Assembly (NCBI GenBank): GCA_043228905.1
Contig: JBHGNT010000001.1
Span: forward strand, 29,202,001-29,266,000
Direction of reading: 5' to 3'
DNA from: Azolla caroliniana
Lineage: Eukaryota > Plantae > Polypodiophyta
DNA length: 64,000 nt
Below, one piece after another: positions 1 through 13,740 of the stretch. Every line of letters begins with the position of its first letter. The first letter of the stretch is position 1. The notes below the pieces were generated by a model, which did not search any database, was not told the origin of the DNA, and saw nothing but the letters and a program-made list of their open reading frames with translations. Made by a program: the position numbers and the translations under genes.

Positions 1-3000
1 CAACGAAAAACTCGCTTCGATGACAATCGAAGAGTGGAGATCCATAGACGAAATCGCGCACTCCACCATCCGAATGCACCTGGCCGAAAATGTCTACTTC
101 AGCATGGCCAAGGAGACAACAACTTTCTCATTATGGGAGAAGTTGCAAGTAGTGTACGAAAAGAAGTTCTCGTCGAAACTCATATAGATTCGACATCAAT
201 TCAATATGAAGATGAGAGAGTCGGATCCTACAACCTCCCACATCAACACCTTTAGCCAGGTGTTGTCTGAACTCTCCTCCCAAGGGATTAAGTTTGAAGA
301 AGTTAAAGCCCTGGCCCTCCTATCGAGCTTGCCGGCGAGTTGGGAGGTATTCTGCACGACATTTGCCAATAGTCGTCCAATCCTAAATCTAGATGAGACG
401 ATCGGCCAAGTCCTCACCGAGGATATTCATCGAAAATCGATGGGACTCACCATTGACAAATCGGCAGAAGCCCACCACTCAACTGGGTCGATCGATTGAC
501 CGAGTCGATCGAGAGAATAAGCTGACCGAACCGGTCGAAATCATAGTCGATAAAAAACGAGGGGGGACCGACAACGATCGAAGTTGAGAACGAGTTGATC
601 AGGCGAATTCTGCACCCACTGCAAAAAAGCCGGTCACAATGTTTCCGATAGCTGGTCGATCAAGAGGAAAGAGAGTGGTCGGTGATCCGAGCGGAATTGA
701 GGATGATCCAACTTGAATCACTCTCCAGTTGGCAACCAAGTCAATGTTATCGACACCCGATCGGGAGAAGTTCTCTCCTTAGAGAACTCGATGATCGGAG
801 AAGTCCTCTACAGTGCGCAAGACGCGCACACGTGGTGTTGGACTCCGAAGCCACATTTCACGTAACCCCGAACATTGAATGGCTTTCGAACTATTCAGAC
901 GACACCAACGGCATAGTCTGACTCGGAAATGGGCAGGAGTGCGTAATCGCAGGGATCGGAGAGGTCTCCATCCAACTGGTGAATGGCAACATGATCACCC
1001 TGCACCAAGTTCGGCACGTACCCGATTTGAAAAGGAGTCTGGTCTCCATTGGCATGTTAGCCGAAGACGGGTACCGAAGGACTCTAAATGAGTCGGCATG
1101 GATGATCAACCGAGGAAATCTAAGAATTAGAAGTGGACACAAGTACATCAACTTGTACCCAATGATGGCGATCAATCCGGAAGGGCTTGTGAACGTAGCT
1201 GAAAAGACTGACCCGAACTTATGGCATGGCCTACTTGGCCATATGTCTCAAGCCGAACTCGATCGGCTGATGGCGGTCGGCTACATCCCGAAACTGCAAG
1301 CAAAGACAGACTTCTGCGAGCATTGTCGATACAGGAAACAAACCCGCACCGCAGTCCACACTCTTCATTATGAGACGATACGTCAGTCCCTAGAGTTCGT
1401 GCACACAAATATATGTGGGCCGATGCCCAAATTATCTCTAGGTGGATCCCGGTACTTCATCACGTTCGTCGATGATTGTACACGGAAGGTCTGGGCCTAT
1501 TCGATTAGGTCAAAAGACGAAGCGCTCAAGATCTTTGCTCGATGGTTAATCGAAGCGGAGAACGGTCGGGACATAGAGTGAAGACACTCCGTTCCAACAA
1601 CAGAGGCAAATGTACCTCCCGAGCCTTCAAGCAAAACCTGTCCGACAAAGGGATCCGGCATCAAAAGACCGTTCCATACACACCCATGGAGAATGGAGTG
1701 GCAAAACGAATCAACCGAACGATCCAAGAGAAGGCGACGACAATGCTCCAACAAGCTAGACTGAAGCTGGAGTTCTGGGCTGAAGCATTGCAGACGGCAA
1801 TATATTTGATAAATCTATCACCATTGAAAGGCAATCAGGCTCGAAGTGCCACAGGCACTATGGTCAGGCAAACAGCCGACCTACGAAAGGCTTCGAATTT
1901 TCGGATGCGAAGCTTACGCATTTATCCCTAGGGAGAAAAGGACCAAGGTGGCACCCCATGCAACAAAATACAGATTTCTCGGTTATGGAACCGATGGGGA
2001 TTTCGGCTATCCCCAATGGGACCCGGAGAATCGGAAATTGATCCGAAGCAGTGACATAGTCTTCAATGAAGACTCTATCCTCTCTAAGCGGAACTAGCAG
2101 AAATTAGTGGGCAAAAAGGTCTCTTTCGAAATCGACAGAGAAGTCGTAGAAAGATTGACCCAATGGGCCGAATTAGAGATTTGACAAACAGTAGAACTTG
2201 ACCAAGCCGACAATACACCTGCCGACTCTGAAGTCAGCTTGTATGTCGATTGAAAAAAAACCTATACGGCTTAAAATAAGCGCCAAGGATGTGGTACCAG
2301 AAGTTCAACTCCTACATCCGACAACTCGGCTACAACTGGTTCGATTCCGACCCATGTTTATACACTCGGCAATTGGCTGACGAGTCCTGTATTTATGTGA
2401 TCCTATATGTCGACTACATGCTGATTGCAGGGAGCAATCAAGCCGAATCGGAAAGCTAAAGCGGAGCCTTCACGACAAGTTTGCGATGAAAGAACTCAGA
2501 CAAGTCCGACAGATAATGGGCATGAGGATCGAGCGAAATCGGAAGACAAAGACTCTCCAACTCTCCTAGTCTGACTACATCTGAAAGGTGCTGAGGCGCT
2601 TCAATATGGAGAACGCGAAGCCAACACCAACTCTGCTTCCAACGTCGATCCGACTATCAAACAAAGACTATCCTTCGACGGACAAGGAGAGAGAGCTCAA
2701 TGGAAAGATACCCTACACATCGCTAGTATGAAGTATCATGTACGTGATGGTGGCGACCATACCTGATCTTGCATATGCCGTGGGGGTCGTCAGCGGTATA
2801 TGTTGAATCTAGGACAGAAGCATTGGGAGGCCGTCAAACACATTTTCGGGTACCTAAAAGGAACCGAAGATGCACAACTGACTTTCGGATCGGCAAACCT
2901 GGTTGAAGTCGAAGGCTACACCGACTCCTACTACGCCGGGAATTCGGATATTCGGAAGTCGACATCAGGTTACATCTTCACCTACGGTGGCAGCGCTATA

Positions 3001-3880
3001 TCATGGAGGTCAAAGCTCCAACAATGCACTACCTTGTCTACCACAGAGGCCGAGTACATATCAGCATCGGAGTCAGCAAAGGAAGCGATCTGGCTGTACC
3101 GACTAATTGCCGACTTTTCGGCTACAAGCTGAATCGATCAACCAGTGCATACCATCTATTGCGACTCACAGAGCGCAATACACCTCATCAACAATCCTGT
3201 TTCTCACGTGAAGACAAAACATATTGAGGTGTGGTATCATCACATCCGGGAGCTGATAACCGAAAAGAAGCTCAAACTTTGGAAGATCGACATCGAGGTG
3301 AACATCGCTGATTGCCTGACGAAGCCACTCCTAGATCAACGCTTCGGAATACTAAGGACAAAGATGGGACTACGACAAGCAACCGAGTAGAAGAAAGCCG
3401 AACAAGGAGTAGAAGGGAAGTCGAAAACTGAACAGAGCAGATTCACGAGAAGAGCGCAATCGACATGTTCGGAAACACAAGAGGCTGAAGAAATAGCACT
3501 GAGCGAGGATACAGACCGGAAAGGAAACGATCGAGAGGCGAACGAACTCGGATACAGATCGAGGATCTAGTGAGGAACACAGGAGCAGAAACAAGCGAGC
3601 TACGAACAATCGACACAAGGCCGAAGTCGAGAATTGGACACAAGCCGACTTCAATATTCGGACCAATTCGAACGAAAAACAATTCGGACAAGTCGATTCA
3701 ACCGGCTCGAACCAGCCTTACCTTGAGGCTAGGCAAAGTAGGCTAATACCAAATTTACCCTTACCAACTCGGCTTTATGCTGATTGACTTGTAATATAAA
3801 TTTAGGTTAATTTTGTAATCTAGGTTTACGGTGGAGATAACCCCAATCACTTGTACATGTAGGAAAGAGTAGTCCTTTTA

Positions 3881-3888
3881 CGGGGGAG
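3881..3888 (+). other. Polypurine tract of copia element 1
   Basis: CGGGGGAG lies 2 nt before the LTR start TGTTGG. Confidence 0.8.
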
Positions 3889-3890
3889 TG

Positions 3891-4376
3891 TGTTGGCATA
3901 AAAGGCCGACTCCTTCCACCTTTTATCCCAGTGTGAACCTGCCTAATGAGTTAGGGCTTAATATATAAGTAATAACCTAACGTTGTAAAAAGAAGACTTC
4001 TTGTATCTTGAGGCTCTAAGAGAGAGAAAGAAAGAAAGATATATTAACTCCATGGGGCTGGGGCCTACGTGCATGGCAATTTGCTATTGCCCGATCAATT
4101 GTAACCCCTTTGTTATTTCCTGGTCTGGGGCCCATTTGTGTATCCCGTGATGGAGTTGTAGCATTAGTAGGAGTGATGGGGCTAACGAAAGCTTCCATTA
4201 GAGAGAGAACAGTGAATAACGAAAGCTTCTATTAGAGCTAAAACAGTGTCTATGTTTCCATCATTTTCTTCTGTCATATTCTTTGTGTTGTTTGCCAAGC
4301 ACATAAACTACAGTTCCTTTCTTACTTCCGCACATACATTCCTTCATTTACAGAAGTGCAAAAAAATAGTCCAACA
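3891..4376 (+). repeat. 3' LTR of copia element 1 (486 bp)
   Basis: Begins TGTTGG just after the PPT and ends CCAACA, a perfect 6-bp terminal inverted repeat. It contains a TATA-like ATATATAA (~3961) and an internal ~33-bp tandem duplication (AACGAAAGCTTC..ATTAGAG..AACAGTG, ~4184-4250). The partner LTR is not in the window. Confidence 0.8.
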
Positions 4377-4888
4377 TACCATCAGAGGAGGATAAATAAT
4401 AGAAATTGCTTGATATGGAGCGACAAAGCTACAAAATGTACTAGATTAGAAGTTGGTATAGAAATATGGAGCAACAAGAATTTGACATTGTACTAGGTAA
4501 TAATTATAATATAATAAAGCTTGTTTTAATAATGTTTGTATCCTATAGTGATGCTCTCATGTTACAACTTTCAAATATCCCTGCAGCCAATCTTGTTAAT
4601 GATTTTCACATGCAGTTTGATTCCACATTTAAGGCTTAGATTAATACAGTTTTAGCAAATTAGCACCTCACTTGAAGCCTTCATATGATGCCCACAGAGT
4701 TGTATTCTTCTGGGAGTTATTTAGTGAATAAATATTTCGTAATGCATGCTATTTAGAACTCAGTATTTTTTACATACATAGGCCATACATGTGTATTGTC
4801 TCTGCGTTTTTGAGGATTCACATCTGTTTTGAAAGAATTGCATGGATGGAGCAATTCTAGTATGTCTAATTATGGTTTTTGGAAACAG

Positions 4889-7800
4889 AAAAAGGAATTG
4901 GGACCAGTATCTTTTACACATAATTATCTGAAACGATTCATGTGGCGAACATCCAAAATCCATGTACTTCATGAACTTGGATTACCACCACAAGAAGAGC
5001 TTTTAACCTGGTTACAGTTCTCTCCGATAGAAGCTCACTTTTATCGCCAGCAGCATGAACGCTACTCGAACAAAGCAATGGAGGCAATGGCAGAATCAGC
5101 TGCTGAAGAGGACAGAGTTTTGAGCTATACTGAAGCTGCAAAAATCCTTCATCCATTATTAAGTCTACGCCAAGCTTGTTGCCATCCACAAGTGGGGAGT
5201 TCAGGGTTGCGGTCTTTGCAAAAATCACCAATGACCATGGATGAGGTTTTGAAGGTTCTACTCATTTCCATTTCCCCCCCCTCTGCTTGAATGGCTTTCC
5301 TTGTTAAAAAAAATCATGTAGCTCATTGTCTGTTTGGATTCTGATTGAAAGTGACAGACATGTGCATTTTAATGGGAAGATCTATTTGTGATGGTGATGT
5401 AAAGATGTGAATCTATGTACTATTTTGAAAAATGGAAACACCTCTGATCTACACTTAAAACCAAATATATGTGACACATGATGGGTCATAGTCTTTCTGT
5501 GTACTTCATTGTTGCATTTATTAAGAAAGGAGGGGAAAAGATATGTTAACATCTCTAAAACACCATAATAGTGTTTTTTCCTTCTTTTGTTCTCTGGTTT
5601 TGCTTTTCAGCAGTGCTCGATGTTGGATGGACACCTCTTGATTCTTCTCCTCTAATTTTAGCTGTCTTGCTTTTGCCGAAACCATCTGTAATTTGTGCCA
5701 CATTCTGCATCCTCTATTTTCATAGAATCGGTCATCTCATTGAGCCTGGCTTTCATCCCAGTGGTCAATGCTTTCCTTGGAGAATGGAATGCATGATATC
5801 CCTGCTCCACTCATAGAAAGCAAAGTCTTAATTTTCAAGCATGTTCGGTAATTGAGTATCCTATTTTCTCTTTGCTGCTTGTCTACCTGGTAGCCCCACG
5901 TTCACTTGGATTTGTCCACAACATGTTGCAGGGGGGATTTTGATTCACCAGCAAACTCTCATGAATTCCTTTTCCTTGGCTCAGGATTGAGACTTGCATA
6001 ATTGTGCTGCAGCTCAAAACTTTGCTGATTCATCCAGTTTGGCTCACCCTTGAACTTCAAGGAGTCTTACAGACAATGTTCAGTATAGCTGATCTTTCAA
6101 TATTCTGTCTTAGTCTCTCATCCCTGAATCTTCTGTTGACTATGAACTTTAGGTTCTTCTTCTATAATTCTAGCTTCTTCTCCATGCTATAGTGCATGTC
6201 AACAAATATCGTTTTTCTACCTTAGCTGGGAACCCTCACACTTCTGCCCGTTCTTTCATCCAAGTTGCCAAGTACAACATGTGGAGGGAAAGGTCAGAAA
6301 CTTGTCTTTCCTTCCAAATAATGCCAGGAAATAAAATTCTTGAACTTCTTGATCCACAATGTTTTGACCATTTTCAAAGTAGAAGATTTCATTGCTTTGC
6401 AGGAGTTTCCAAAGGCTAAACAAACTAAAATGTAAAACATTATTAAATGTTCTATATCAAAAGCTTTACAATAGCACTGTGTGTGGGTGAGTCCTATGAT
6501 GGATAATAATGGCTTTTATGTTTTTGAGATAGTGAGGTTGTGGATGAGGTCCCAAAGGTCGTGGCCATTTTGCATGAGACTATTGTAGGGGTCTCCTGGG
6601 TATCTCTTCTAGGGCATGGTGTATTGTGTGTTGAGTTCTTTGGGGACAGATGTGGGTGGAGTGGTATCTATGAAATTTTTTCATTAGGATTTTTTTTGTC
6701 TTGTATTGCAAAATGTAGAATGCCATGTGTATAAAAAGCCTCTCTTGCAGCAATTGCACTTGGTTTTATTTTGTTGTAGTTCTTATTTGTACAATGTAGG
6801 ATTCTATAATCACAAATTACCAAACAGCAGATAAGAATCATCATTCACCTCCTAACTGTCATCCAATATACTTTGTCGCTTTGTCATTATAGAACATCCC
6901 TTGCCTCTTGGCTTTATTATGCTATCAAGCTATTGGTAACAGCGGTATGTTCACAGCACAAAGCTGGTAAACCCATCCTTATCATATATCAATAATATGG
7001 CTGTTATCCTATTAATGAATTATTATCATATGTTTACGTTTATGTACACATATATTGTTATGCTATCTCATTTTCTTAATTTTTTACTAGGTTCATGTTT
7101 TATTATAATCTATAGGTTCTTCTTGAGAAGGCTAAAACAGAGGGTGAGGAAGCCCAAAGAAACTTGATTGGAGCACTGAATGGTTTGGCAGCCCTACTAA
7201 TGCTAGAGCAAGATGATGCTAGTGCAGTGAAGACTTATCGTGAAGCATTGTCATTAATGGAAGAGAATTCAGAAGAGTTTGATGTGGATCCTTTGCAGAA
7301 GCTGCATGTACTTCACAACTTGCATGAGGTTTTAGAAATTCTCAGAAATAAAATTACTTCTGAGTTTTCTGTTATAGATGAGGGACAAAAATCAAACAAT
7401 GATACTGTTGAAGGTGAATCAGGTCATTTAATTACTGACCCAGAGATGAAAAAGCAAAGACTCGACGATATGTTTGACACAAGTGGAAAAAGTCATGTTC
7501 CTAGAACATTAAGAGATGAGCTTTTGCTGCAGCAATGTCGGGAGATTAGCTCAAAGTACATGTTGTCATTTGATGCAAAACTTGCAGCCGCCAGACATGA
7601 TTATAAGAATGCATACAAACAGGTTTTTTGTTTGTTGAATACTAAGTAAAATTGTTTTGGAGTAAATGATAACTTTGATTCAATGTATGGACTAATTATT
7701 GGCAGGTTTGTAAGTTGCGTAAAGAGTTGGAAGATGATCAAGGAGCAATGTGGTGGCTAGATGCTCTAGATTCACTGTCAGATAGCAGTAAACAGGCCGA

Positions 7801-10800
7801 TGACTTTGTGAAAAAGCTTAAAAATACTTTACTAGAAATAGATTACTTGTCATTGTCGAGAACAGGGCATGAAAATGCTTCTAGTTTGGCATTAAGGTAA
7901 AGTTCAGCAGCTTTCATGCATATATATCTTGAATGCATTTCTATTGAGATACCATCCAATGAAGAAGCATGTATAGTTTCGTAAGTCATGAGAGTAATTT
8001 AGATGAAACATAGTAATTTGACTCCAATTTTATTTGGTTGCTCTCATGAAAAATTTCTTGGTGTGCATAAGTTATGGTAAATGGCATTCTTTCAATTTTT
8101 TCTAACTTGAAATTTGCCATCTTCTTATGTTCATCATTTTTCTGTTTTTGATTTTCTATTTTTTGTGAAAGATGACATTACTATGTCATCATGCAATCAC
8201 CTTACAGGTCTAGAATGGCTGGTGGTGGGAGTCATAATAAAAAAATAGTGTTGTGGCATGGTTATGTATCTTTATTTAAACATCTTTATGTTAGACTCTA
8301 GACTGAATGTTTTGACCATCAACTTTCCGTTTACAGGTTCAACGATATAAATGGTCTGAGATATGTTCTTAATAGGGAGATTGATGCCATTTTCTATCAT
8401 CGAGAGAATCTTCTTTGTATGATGTCTGAGATTGATCAGATGATGGATAATCCAAGTGCTGAAGCCATAACAAGAGCCGGAAATTGCTTGAATTGCAAAA
8501 AGCAAAAGAATGGAAGTTTATGTATTCATTGTGAAATGGACAAACTCTATCAGGTTTGTGATCATTTTTACAGTTTTTTAGCATTGCTATCTCTTAGTTA
8601 TCTCAAGAACGGAATTTTGCACGAGTTTAATGTCATGTGTATTTTCCTTCTCTTCTTTCTTTTTCAATAATGTCGTCCCAATTGGCAATGCAAATGTTTT
8701 AGCAGAGGCATATTTAAAAAAATGAAGATATGTATTGCTGAATTCAGATGTATGAAAACCGATTATTTTTGCTGAAATCAAGTGCTGGCAATATTGGTGA
8801 TGTTGTATCAATTGAAGATGCTTTTAATCTTCAAGAATATAAAAAGCGTAATGCAAGTAATATCTCGGAGGAAGATGGAAAACGCAAGACATCATACACG
8901 GGAAATATACAGGTTTTGGTCTAATAGAGAAGGTGTCTTAGAGTGTTGTTTTCATTGAGGATCATGTTAATGCAAGAGTTTTGGGATGCTATAACCTGAA
9001 TGTGATTGTTATACCTGTGTATGCTTCAGGTTACCCGATATCCATCAGAAGCTGAGGTTATACTCAAATATATAAAAACTAATATGAAACGCAAAATGGG
9101 GCCAGAGTTAACTGCTGCTAGTTCCAAACAACTTGAACTGTTTGAAGTAAGATGCATTTGACTATTATTTGCTTTTCTGATTGACGACACTAAATTTAAT
9201 TTGATGAATTGTAGCTTGTAGATGACACTAAATTTAATTTGATGAATTGATGAAGTAAAATGTGCCCCTCAAAACTTTGGTGTTAAAAATATGGTAATAT
9301 TCAAAGTTAATTGTCCAGACCTTTGCTTCTCAGATTCCATCACAGCTTATTGTGCATGCCTTGAGAGTAATGGGTACTTGGTAACTGATACACATATTAG
9401 TAAGCTCAAGATTTCTATGCTTGTACTTAACCCCTGATGTGGGGTAGTTGTTTACGTGGATCATAACTGAACCCATGTTATGACAACCATTAATGATGCT
9501 ACTTTCTTTTCAACCTATCTGGTGATGATGTTCTGGCTGCTAGATTGTATATATGCTCCAATTTTCCAATTGATGTAATTAATACAATATCTTTTATAAA
9601 AAAGAAAACATGTATGAGATGCTCGTTTGCATACAACAATTGTTGACTCTATGTTAATAACCCCACAAATAGAATGGGGCTCTAAACTACCATCACAAAA
9701 ATCAAGAGATGGATGATTAAAGACTCACCATCCATGTAATGGCTACTTCCTCTTTGGGATTGTGGGAACTGGTGACTAACTGATCGAATTAGGCCCATTT
9801 AATATCACCAGAAAATGATTATGATTTCTAGATTCATCATCATGTGTTATGCAAGGAGTGGAATATCGTGGAAAATATCTTGTGGACGTCAAGTATGAGA
9901 CTGTTAGTTTTAATCGCACAAACACTTCTGGTCGTGTAAGTGTCAATACTCTTTTTATGTGTTCTGGTATGCTATGTCTTCCATATTCACTTCATGTATG
10001 CTTCTAATCTTTACCAGTGATGTATTTTTGTTTTCATTTAGAACCGCATTTTGTTTACTTCATTTAAACCATGGAAGGCTGGAAAAAGAAATATTTAAAA
10101 AGCAGATGTATTTTGATATTGAGATATCAACTTGTATTGAATGATATTTGTGAAGTGTAAAAATGGTAATATGGGGGTATCTTTTTAATGATCAGGAAAT
10201 GCGAAAAGAATATGCTCAAGCTCGTGCACTTGCAGTTTCGCAACACATGGTTTTACTTGCACTTGATGAACTAAATATGGCAAAAACACGTCTGTGTTTG
10301 CGCTTTCCTGGTGAAGAAGTTTCCAATGGAATTGAAGACATATTTAAAGTTTACTTGGAGGAAATTCCACAGAAGAATGCTCAGCTCACTGGGGACAAAT
10401 TTGTATCATTGGACAATTTGCGTCGTGCAAAAGGGCAATTACGGTACCTCAAGGTGAAGTAAACATAACAAGAATAATGTTTCTAGAAAGTGTTTAGATG
10501 TTAATGCTTAAAAACAGTTTGGTGATCATAGAACTTGATGTTATTGTCAGGGACTCGCGATGACAAGAGAGAGGCGGAAGGAAACAACACATGAAGATTG
10601 CAGCTCTTCCCAATGGAGTGGGAATGAAATACATGTGGCGGGAAAATTTATGAATAAATCTGAAAAGAAGTGCAGATCCTTGAGTGGCAGTGAAGAGGAA
10701 AGCTGTCCTGTTTGTCAGGAAACTCTGGGAATGCAGTTCATGATTCTGCCATGTGGTCACATGCTTTGTTGCAGATGTAAGAGAATGCAGTTCTTCTACA

Positions 10801-13740
10801 TAATCTTGACATAGCACCTTTATCCATTCCCAGTATTGCTCAAAGCAGTGCATTTGCGATTAATGACTACAAATTCAACTTCTTTTTGCAAAACATTAAT
10901 CAGATAATCTGTTACACCTAAGAAAGCATATGTGCAATTGTTCAGAGTGCTCATTCTGAAGATGGAGTGTATAGTTTTCATGCTGAGCATAGATGGTCTC
11001 AACGATAATGCACAATGTTAATGTTCATAACATTAAATTGTATTGTCCTTTATCTGATTATGGTTTTTCCATGCTAATAAAAAAGAGAAATCTATGCAGG
11101 TTTGCTGATGATTGCAGAAAACAATGCGTCTTCACTCTCAATCCCAGGAACAAAAAGGATATTATGTCCAACTTGCAGATTTCCTACACACATGGAAAAT
11201 ATTGCTTTCATAGACAATGGTGGTTGTAGTACATCTTATTCACTTACCATCAGTAAATTACAAAGTAGAGAATTTGAGACTGAATCTTCGGTATCTGTTA
11301 AAGGGTCATACGGAACCAAGGTATGGTTTTATCTTCCCCAAACTAATGTGGCTCAAAGCTATATCTATAATGCTTCTATGTTTTGTTGTTTGTTTGTGTC
11401 TTCCCAGAAATGTAAAGAAGGCTCTATTATAATCCTGCAATTAGAAAAATCATTAAAGAATAGAAACATTATGAATAGCTTTGAAATATAAAAGGATATC
11501 CATTTCTATCTAGTAACATAATATCTGATAGATAACATTTTGATATTGTTATCCATTTCTCAAATCATCTGCTTGTAACAAAAATCCCATGCACATATTT
11601 TTCTCCAAAAACATCATATTTTTGCTCTGTGAAGATGTAAATAAATACTTCATCATTACTTTGGTTTTTTTGAGTTACTCATTTCATACTCCAATCATCA
11701 TATGGTCATGTCAACTGATCAGTAAAAAATCTTCTTTTGCATTTGACCCCGTAATATACTGACCATCAGAAGGGTTATTAATGTTGACATTCCTGAGAAT
11801 ATGAAAACAGAATATTGATGGCTGATTTCTGTCGCTGTGCCATATTGATATTCTCTCTTGACTTGCTACTTCTACTTATCAAATGTGAATAAATAAACAT
11901 GAAGGGAGATGAACTAACCCTGTTGACATTGGAAAACTTAGGACTTCGTGATGCAGTTATAAAGTTTTGCTGCCCTCAGCGTTGGGAATTAAAATAAAGA
12001 CATTCCATGCTTGCTTTCAATTATTCTTTAGTGGTAACCTGAGGATTAGTTGACATAGCTTCAATGAAGGAAAAGTTCTATTTTCATAGCATGTCTTCTT
12101 GTCCCAATACTTCGAAAGATTATGTTGCCAATCAAACCTAAAGAATGAAATGAAAAATGATGAATGCATGTTTTGTAATCTGTGTTGATGCAGTCTTTTG
12201 GAAATTTTCTTATATTTAGAAAATCATCACATCGTTGGAAGTACTCCAAAACTTTTACATTCCATAACTGTAACAATTTTAAAATGTCCCATATTAGCAC
12301 AATCAGCGTTTTTTTGTTTGTTGTGGAGTACATGTGGCTTTATTCAACAAATCAAATATTTGTAATAGATTGATTATATATTATTTAAGAGGGGAAGTGC
12401 ATGACTATATTGTATGTTATCTCTCTCAAGAACTCATGATCCTTAAATTTGATTTATACAGATGGATGCTGTTGTGAAAAGAATTTTGGATGTACAAGAG
12501 ACTGATGGGAGCTCAAGATTTCTTATATTTTCTACTTGGAATGATGTACTCGATGTGGTGGAGCACTCATTGACAGCCAATAACATCGAGTTTATTCGAG
12601 CTAAAGGACGCAGGTATTCTCAGTTTAAATTGCTATAATCTGGAAATTTACTTACCAATATTTTAACCATCACCTGATCACTTTGAGTGATCAATATTCA
12701 TCCCCATTGTATAATCGTGTTTTTGTAATGTGATTATAATTGTGTAGGAAATTAGACGAAGCAATCAAGAAGTTTAAAGAGGACAATACATCTGCTCGCA
12801 TCCTCCTTCTCTTGATCCAACAAGGAGCTAATGGGCTTAACCTCACAGAGGCGCAACATGTTATTCTGATTGAGCCATTGCTAAATCTTGGCGCTGAAGC
12901 TCAAGCTATTAACCGTGTCCATAGGATTGGACAAAGACGTGCAACATATGTACACAGGTTCCTGGTGAGTGTCTACATTGCTAACAAAATTTCTGTCTTT
13001 TTCATCTTTCTTTCCTGCCCTATTGGATTTATCCTTGTGGAAAAATATCAAACATACATGCCCGTACATTGCTGGATAATTATTAAAACAAACATATGCA
13101 AACCCCAACTTTTTAAAAATTTCCAGAATACTGCTATGGTAATAACACAGGTGTGTTCTCATAATTTCCCAAGCTTCTGATTCTGAAACTATCCGACAAT
13201 TGCATTTAGGGGGATGTAATAGACTACAGTAGTTTTGGGGGATGTAATGAAAATTTAAAAGGTAATCTGTACAGAGGTTTGCCTTGATAAACAAAAAATA
13301 TACTACTAGTCATGTATGATGATTACAATTTTCTATGAGCAACCATGATATTATTATAAAAATAGGCATTGCATATTGACAAGATATATAGTACATACCC
13401 AGAATGCAAAAAAACACCTGCCATGAGTTTCTCCAAATACTAAGTTTTCAATCAGATCAAGGACACCGTGGAAGAAAGCATCTACAACTTAAGTCAGGTG
13501 AAATCGCAACAGATATCATCTGTTGCACTGAAGAAGAATCAAGAGATATCAGCGTTGACTGTGAAGGATCTCAAGATGCTTTTTAAGAGGAACAACAATG
13601 AATATCAGCAGCCCGAGATAACAAACAGTATTGTGGAACAGACATTTGATCATGCAATACTTAACTTGAGGGAGCTTCCACCATCACTTGCAGCAGCTGC
13701 AGCTGCTGAGGCTCGATTAAAGAAGACCGCAAGTGAGTAA
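4889..13740 (+). CDS. SHPRH: SHPRH-like SNF2 helicase / RING E3 ubiquitin ligase, 3' part (12 exons; 5' exons outside the window)
   Basis: GT-AG exons with consistent phases: 4889-5254, 7116-7622, 7706-7896, 8337-8553, 8748-8912, 9030-9146, 10196-10453, 10551-10776, 11100-11320, 12462-12613, 12748-12964, 13456-13740 (2922 nt). Motifs: SNF2 FMWRTSK..LPPQEE..LRQACCHPQVG; RING CPVCQE..PCGHMLCCRC..CPTCR; GSYGTK; helicase-C FLIFSTWNDVLD..GANGLNLTEAQHVILIEPLLN..QAINRVHRIGQ..VHRFLIKDTVEESI. Confidence 0.93.
9183..9249. repeat. Short intronic direct duplication (~29 bp x2)
   Basis: GA(C/T)GACACTAAATTTAATTTGATGAATTG occurs at ~9183 and ~9221. Confidence 0.8.

Larger units (their letters stand above)
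1..4376 (+). mobile_element. Ty1/copia LTR retrotransposon, degenerate, 5' end outside the window
   Basis: Copia domain order, broken by stops and frameshifts: gag/UBN2-like (LLSSLPASWEVF, 206-499), zinc-knuckle remnant CTHCKKAGH (~610-640), protease VVLDSEATFHVT (~830-870), GAG-pre-integrase LWHGLLGHMS and rve core VHTNICGP..YFITFVDDCTRKVW (979-2097), RT C-half (CRLKKNLYGLK*APR, LYVDYML, ~2240-2800), RNase H (GYTDSYYAG..RKSTSGY..TTEAEY; IYCDSQSAI..KTKHIEV, 2800-3390), then PPT and LTR. Confidence 0.95.

Noticed and set aside
4377-4388. TACCATCAGAG right after LTR1 resembles the iMet PBS (TGGTATCAGAG), hinting at a tandem element sharing the LTR
   Set aside because: Three mismatches, including the invariant TGG, and no gag follows; this is more likely the TSD plus host sequence.
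13660-13740. Poly-Ala C-terminus LPPSLAAAAAAEARL of SHPRH
   Set aside because: I recall a similar tail in other plant SHPRH proteins, so it is not evidence of novelty.
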